Part shown: positions 58,989-64,000 of the stretch, one piece after another | Layout of the letters: each line of letters starts with the position of its first letter | How positions within the stretch are numbered: the first letter of the stretch is position 1 | Virus record (IMG/VR): IMGVR_UViG_3300024255_001088 | DNA length: 64,000 bases | Strand: one strand, 5' to 3' | Origin: a virus | Notes under the pieces: generated by a model | Seen by the model: the letters and a program-made list of their open reading frames with translations, nothing else | Databases searched by the model: none | Told to the model about the DNA's origin: nothing | Program-made: the position numbers and the translations under genes

Positions 58989-60992
58989 ATGGCATTTCAA
59001 GTTTCACCAGGCGTTCAGGTCAAAGAGATTGACTTATCGAATGTTGTTCCAGCAGTATCCTCAACAAGAGGTGGATTCGCTGGCGTATTCCAATGGGGAC
59101 CTGTTGATGAAGTAAAAACAGTTTCAGATGGACAACAACTAGTTGAAGAATTCTACAAACCAGCAGACACAAACGCCTCTGTTGAAGACTTCTACACTGC
59201 CGAGTCTTTCCTGAGATATGGTTCTTCATTATCAGTAGTTAGAATTTCTAACACTGGTTTATTCAACGCAAACCAAACAGGAAACTCAGCAACATTATTA
59301 AAAAATTCAGACGACTATGTAAACACCTATAAATCAGGTGGGGCAGCAGGTACAGTCGGTAAGTGGGTTGCAAGACACGCTGGGGCTTTAGGTAATTCTA
59401 TTAAAGTTCACATGTGTGCTTCTTCAAACGCATATTTCAATGACGCTGCTACCGCAGTCAACAATGGGTCAGGCTACGCAATTGGTTCAACATCAGTTGT
59501 AGTAGATTCAGGCGCCGCTGTTATAATTGGCGACATCATTAAGTTCGCAAATCACACAACTCATTATCAAGTAGTTGGTATTTCAACAAATACATTGACA
59601 TTTAAGGCATTAAATCAACCCGCTGGGACTGGTCTTACAAGTGCTCTTGTTGATGATGAATCAGTTGATAGATATTGGGAACATTACGCATTATTCGACA
59701 AAGCACCAGGAACATCAGCAGGGGCCACATCAGTTGGCGCAGTAAATGATGAGATTCACCTTGTTGTTGAAGATGAAGATGGTCTATTCACAGGCACTAA
59801 AGGCGCTGTGTTAGAGTCATTCTCATTCGTATCACTAGGGTCAGATGCAAAGAATTCTACAGGTAATTCAAACTACTACAAAGATGTAATCGAAAGAGAA
59901 TCAAAGTATGTTTGGTGGTCAGGTCACTCAACTGCAACAGACTTAACAGTCTCAGAAAACAGAACATTACAGGCTTCAGTCGGTAATGTCTTCACAAGAC
60001 CTGCTCTTCCTGAAATCTCATCACTAACAGGTGGTGCAGATGGTCGTGCAAACCCAACAGTTGGTCAAAAGACCGATGCATGGGACAAACATTTCTCAGA
60101 TGCAGAAACAATAGATATGGCTTTCTTAGTCGTTGGGTCAACATCCAGTGACGCTGGGGGTGGTTCAGAGGGTGCTCAAGATACTCTTGCAGACCACAAT
60201 TCACTAGTAAACAGTGCAATACAAATTGCAGAATCAAGAAAAGACTGTTTAGTAGTTGCATCTCCAAGAAGAACTTCAGTAGTTGGCGTATCAAGTGAGT
60301 CAACACAATCAACAAATGTTAAGGCAGATTACGCATCATGCACATCTAGTTCTTACGCAGTATTCGACAGTGGTTGGACTTATCAATACGAGAAGTACAA
60401 TGACAAATATTGTTGGGTACCTGCATGTGGACACACTGCTGGAATTATGGCAAGAAGTGACTTACTTCAAGACCCATGGTTCTCGCCTGCTGGGTTCTCA
60501 AGAGGACAATACTTAGGTATCACTAAACTTGCTTTCAATCCGAAACAGTCAAGTAGAGATGACCTATATCGTGCAAGAATTAATCCAGTAGTTACCTTCC
60601 CAGGACAGGGAACAGTACTATTTGGAGATAAGACTGCATTAACATCACCTTCCGCATTTGATAGAATAAATGTACGAAGACTATTCATCACTTTAGAAAA
60701 GGCAATATCAACTGCCGCTAAGGCTCAATTGTTTGAATTTAACGATTCATTCACAAGGGCTCAGTTTAGGGCTGCTGTAGAACCTTTCTTAAGAGATGTT
60801 AAAAACAGAAGAGGATTAGTAGATTTCTCAGTCGTTTGTGACGAAACAAACAATACCGACTCAGTGCAAGATAGAAACGAATTTGTATGTTCTATCTTCT
60901 TGAAACCTTCTAAATCAATTAACTACATAACTTTAAACTTTGTTGCTGCTAGAAGTGGTGTTCAGTTTGAAGAAATTTACGGCGCAGTATAA
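58989..60992 (+). CDS. gp18: Tail sheath protein
   Basis: VSPGVQVKEID, PWFSPAG, FDRINVRRLF, FEFND. Confidence 0.98.
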   Translation: MAFQVSPGVQVKEIDLSNVVPAVSSTRGGFAGVFQWGPVDEVKTVSDGQQLVEEFYKPADTNASVEDFYTAESFLRYGSSLSVVRISNTGLFNANQTGNSATLLKNSDDYVNTYKSGGAAGTVGKWVARHAGALGNSIKVHMCASSNAYFNDAATAVNNGSGYAIGSTSVVVDSGAAVIIGDIIKFANHTTHYQVVGISTNTLTFKALNQPAGTGLTSALVDDESVDRYWEHYALFDKAPGTSAGATSVGAVNDEIHLVVEDEDGLFTGTKGAVLESFSFVSLGSDAKNSTGNSNYYKDVIERESKYVWWSGHSTATDLTVSENRTLQASVGNVFTRPALPEISSLTGGADGRANPTVGQKTDAWDKHFSDAETIDMAFLVVGSTSSDAGGGSEGAQDTLADHNSLVNSAIQIAESRKDCLVVASPRRTSVVGVSSESTQSTNVKADYASCTSSSYAVFDSGWTYQYEKYNDKYCWVPACGHTAGIMARSDLLQDPWFSPAGFSRGQYLGITKLAFNPKQSSRDDLYRARINPVVTFPGQGTVLFGDKTALTSPSAFDRINVRRLFITLEKAISTAAKAQLFEFNDSFTRAQFRAAVEPFLRDVKNRRGLVDFSVVCDETNNTDSVQDRNEFVCSIFLKPSKSINYITLNFVAARSGVQFEEIYGAV

Positions 60993-61003
60993 GGAGTAAT
61001 TAG

Positions 61004-61501
61004 ATGGCAAGTATAGACCAATTCAAAGCACAACTTCTAGGTGGTGGCCCAAGAGCTAACCGTTTTAGAGTTTTTATACCTAGAACAGGTAATAAGATTG
61101 AATTCTTATGTCAATCAGCACAGATTCCTGCTGCTACATTAGGTGTTGTTGAACAACAGTTCAGAGGACATGTTTTAAAACTCGCAGGAGATAGAACATT
61201 CGAACCTTGGACCGTGACAATTATTAATGATGTAGAATTCTCAGCAAGAACTGCACTAGAAGGATGGCAAACAGACATTCAAGAACTAGACAGTGGTGAA
61301 GGACAAACAAACCTTGACTACTTAGTAGACAGAGCATTTGTTGAACAATTAAACAAAGATGATTCCGTCCTTGCGAGATACGAATTCTTTAACATGTTTC
61401 CAACTAGTATTGGTGCGATTGACTTATCTTATGAGACAGTTGACACATTGGAGACATTTGATGTTGAATTCCAGTATTCGCATTGGGAAAGAGTCCTTTA
61501 A
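61004..61501 (+). CDS. gp19: Tail tube protein
   Basis: GGPRANRF, KLAGDRTFEPWTVT, FPTSIG. Confidence 0.96.
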   Translation: MASIDQFKAQLLGGGPRANRFRVFIPRTGNKIEFLCQSAQIPAATLGVVEQQFRGHVLKLAGDRTFEPWTVTIINDVEFSARTALEGWQTDIQELDSGEGQTNLDYLVDRAFVEQLNKDDSVLARYEFFNMFPTSIGAIDLSYETVDTLETFDVEFQYSHWERVL

Positions 61502-61533
61502 AAATAAAGTGAAAATAGCACCATTTAGGGTGT

Positions 61534-61541
61534 TATAAATA
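61534..61541 (+). promoter_or_regulatory. T4-type late promoter
   Basis: TATAAATA upstream of gp20. Confidence 0.8.
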
Positions 61542-61546
61542 TAATT

Positions 61547-63079
61547 ATGGATATTTTTGGGTTTGAAATAAATCGTAAGGGGTTGAAAGACGAATTACGA
61601 GATGTAGATATACAGAAGAAGTCAGCGACTTCTTTTGTAGCACCGGCCGAGGATGATGGAACTCCCATTGTTCAACAGTCGCCAGGTGGTTTCATATCAG
61701 GTGGGGCATATGGTTCCTATGTTGATATGGAAGGAGGTATCAAGAATGAGGTCGCACTCATTAGAAGATACAGAGAGACATCTCTTGTGCCAGAATGTGA
61801 TATTGCTATCGAAGATATAGTAAATGAATGTATAGTTTCAGATACCCAAGATAGAGTAGTCTCATTAGATTTAAGAGATGTAGAATTGTCCGACAGCATC
61901 AAACAAAAGATGCACGAAGAATTCAAGGTGATTCTAACCTTGATGAAATTCCATCAAAATTCACATGAACTATTCCGTAAATGGTATGTTGATGGTCGTA
62001 TTTACTTTCATAAGATTGTAGATTCTAAAAGACCACAACAAGGCATGGTTGACATTAGAAATGTTGACCCATTAAAGATTAAGAAAGTTCGTAATGTCGA
62101 AAAAGAAAAAGACGCTAAAACGAAAATAGATATAATCAAAAAAGTTGAAGAATTCTATATGTTTAACGACAAAGGATTCGACAAAGGTGTCGCAAATGAA
62201 GGCGCCACAGTTAAGATTGCACCAGAGGCAGTAAGTTATACTACTTCTGGTATGTTAGATTACACAAAGAATGTTGTAATCGGATATTTGCATAAGGCAT
62301 TGAAGACTGCAAATCAGTTATCAATGATGGAAGATGCACTTGTTATTTACAGAATATCAAGGGCACCAGAAAGAAGAATCTTCTATATTGATGTTGGTAA
62401 TTTACCTAAAGTAAAGGCAGAACAATACCTTGCAGATACAATGAACAAGTATAGAAATAAACTTGTTTACAATGCAGACACAGGCGAAATCAAAGATGAT
62501 AGACGCCACATGTCAATGTTAGAAGACTTTTGGTTACCAAGAAGAGAAGGTGGTAGAGGAACAGAGATTACTACACTACCAGGTGGTCAGAACCTTGCAG
62601 AGATAGAAGATATAGAATACTTTAAAAAGAAACTATATCGTTCTCTCAATGTACCTACATCTAGACTTGAAGCAGATAATGGTTTCAACATGGGTAGGGC
62701 ATCAGAAATTAGTAGAGATGAACTTAAATTTAACAAGTTCACTAAGAGACTACAAACTAAGTTTGCAAGACTTTTTACTGATTTACTTAGAACACAAATG
62801 GTTCTAAAAAATATTGTATCAGGCGCTGAGTTTGATTCAATGAAAGATTTTATACATTATGATTTTGCAACAGACAATCACTTCCAAGAGTTAAAAGAGG
62901 GAGAGATTATCAGAGAAAGATTAGATATTCTTTCACAGGCAGAATCATTTATTGGTAAGTATTTTTCAGACGATTATGTCAGAAAACATATACTTCGTTT
63001 CTCAGAAGACGATATCGCTAGAATACAAGGCGAGATAGATTCAGAGGGACATGGTGAAGAAGAAGGAGAAGACTTTTAA
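61547..63079 (+). CDS. gp20: Portal protein
   Basis: WYVDGR, RAPERRIFYIDVGN, EDFWLPRREGGRGTEITTLPG. Confidence 0.98.
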   Translation: MDIFGFEINRKGLKDELRDVDIQKKSATSFVAPAEDDGTPIVQQSPGGFISGGAYGSYVDMEGGIKNEVALIRRYRETSLVPECDIAIEDIVNECIVSDTQDRVVSLDLRDVELSDSIKQKMHEEFKVILTLMKFHQNSHELFRKWYVDGRIYFHKIVDSKRPQQGMVDIRNVDPLKIKKVRNVEKEKDAKTKIDIIKKVEEFYMFNDKGFDKGVANEGATVKIAPEAVSYTTSGMLDYTKNVVIGYLHKALKTANQLSMMEDALVIYRISRAPERRIFYIDVGNLPKVKAEQYLADTMNKYRNKLVYNADTGEIKDDRRHMSMLEDFWLPRREGGRGTEITTLPGGQNLAEIEDIEYFKKKLYRSLNVPTSRLEADNGFNMGRASEISRDELKFNKFTKRLQTKFARLFTDLLRTQMVLKNIVSGAEFDSMKDFIHYDFATDNHFQELKEGEIIRERLDILSQAESFIGKYFSDDYVRKHILRFSEDDIARIQGEIDSEGHGEEEGEDF

Positions 63080-63261
63080 TGTCAGAAATAGCAAAAAACA
63101 TAGTGGACCAAATAGAGTCCGGTAAATTACAAGATGCTCAGGATTCTATTTTCCAGGGTATCAAACAAAAGGCTGCTGACCAGGTCGACATGAAAAGAGT
63201 CGAAATGTCAGTTGATTGGATGAATGGCGAAAACTTGGGACCAGATAACAACGATTCTTAA
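63079..63261 (+). CDS. Prohead core protein (gp67-like)
   Basis: Small acidic ORF immediately after portal; synteny only. Confidence 0.55.
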   Translation: MSEIAKNIVDQIESGKLQDAQDSIFQGIKQKAADQVDMKRVEMSVDWMNGENLGPDNNDS

Positions 63262-63532
63262 TGAGGCGAAGTTTAAACTTCCGTCAGAACAGAAAGAAGT
63301 TAAGAAGTCTACTGAAAAAGTAGGCAGTAAAACACTGGACATAAGATTCGGCGAAGATAAACGAGGCAAGATTCATGTTTATGTTAATACAGTCTCAATG
63401 GGAGACCCATACAGAAACATGAAAGAAGCTGAAAAAGAGATGAAGAATATTAAAATGGTAATGAAGCAAATGAATGAAGAAGACATCTCATTAGAAGAAA
63501 TTTTAGGAGTTATAAATGAAACTAATATCTGA
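63224..63532 (+). CDS. Prohead core protein (gp68-like) or hypothetical
   Basis: Lies between portal and prohead protease; synteny only. Confidence 0.5.
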   Translation: MAKTWDQITTILNEAKFKLPSEQKEVKKSTEKVGSKTLDIRFGEDKRGKIHVYVNTVSMGDPYRNMKEAEKEMKNIKMVMKQMNEEDISLEEILGVINETNI

Positions 63533-64000
63533 ATTTGTTGATTACGCAATTGAACCAGTAATCGTAGAAGAAAACGAAAAGGGCGAGAAAGATTACTTCA
63601 TTGAAGGTGTATTCATGCAGGCCGACATTAAAAACAGAAACGGCAGAGTTTATCCAAAAGAAGTAATGAAAAAAGAAGTAGACCGCTACTGTAAAGAGTT
63701 CGTTGAAAAAGGACGAGCATTTGGTGAGTTAGGACATCCTGACGGACCAACAATCAATTTAGACAAAGTATCTCACATGATAACAAAATTAGAAGAAGAT
63801 GGTTCTAATTTCATGGGAAGAGCAAAAATTTTAAGCACCCCAAACGGTCAAATCGTAAGAAATTTGATTAATGATGGTGCAAAACTTGGCGTATCATCAA
63901 GAGGTTTGGGTTCGCTCGAACAAAGAGGTGGTGCCCAATATGTTAAAGGCGATTTTCAACTTGCAACCGCAGCTGATATCGTTGCAGACCCCTCCGCACC
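63516..64000 (+). CDS. gp21: Prohead protease (partial, runs off window)
   Basis: ATG at 63516 after AGGAG: MKLISE...FIEGVFMQADIKNRNGRVYP...GELGHP...GVSSRGLGS...DIVADPSA. Confidence 0.95.
   Translation, partial: MKLISEFVDYAIEPVIVEENEKGEKDYFIEGVFMQADIKNRNGRVYPKEVMKKEVDRYCKEFVEKGRAFGELGHPDGPTINLDKVSHMITKLEEDGSNFMGRAKILSTPNGQIVRNLINDGAKLGVSSRGLGSLEQRGGAQYVKGDFQLATAADIVADPSA

Overview
This window is a segment of an AT-rich T4-like myovirus genome, probably aquatic or marine. It runs from replication genes (gp59, gp32) and a phage-encoded ribosomal protein bS21 through the baseplate, tail-fibre, neck, packaging, tail and head modules (gp51, 26, 54, 2, 4, 48, 53, 5, 25, 6, 7, 8, 13-21). T4-type late promoters (TATAAATA) and several auxiliary enzymes are present: a CmoA-like methyltransferase, KdsB, a HAD phosphatase, a glycosyltransferase and three 2OG-Fe(II) oxygenases. 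The standout observation is two pairs of adjacent genes (35312-36901 with 36908-38002; 45387-47489 with 47530-48996). When parsed by hand at prolines, their repeat arrays are exact mirror images: equal length (310/310 and 464/464 aa), the same unit-length pattern read in opposite directions, and position-specific residue complementarity. This suggests a sequence-coded antiparallel heterodimeric 'protein zipper' filament of roughly 100-150 nm, attached to a fibre protein and carrying a tip domain, which in one pair is a self-processing Hint domain. All family assignments come from motif recognition and synteny; no database searches were run.
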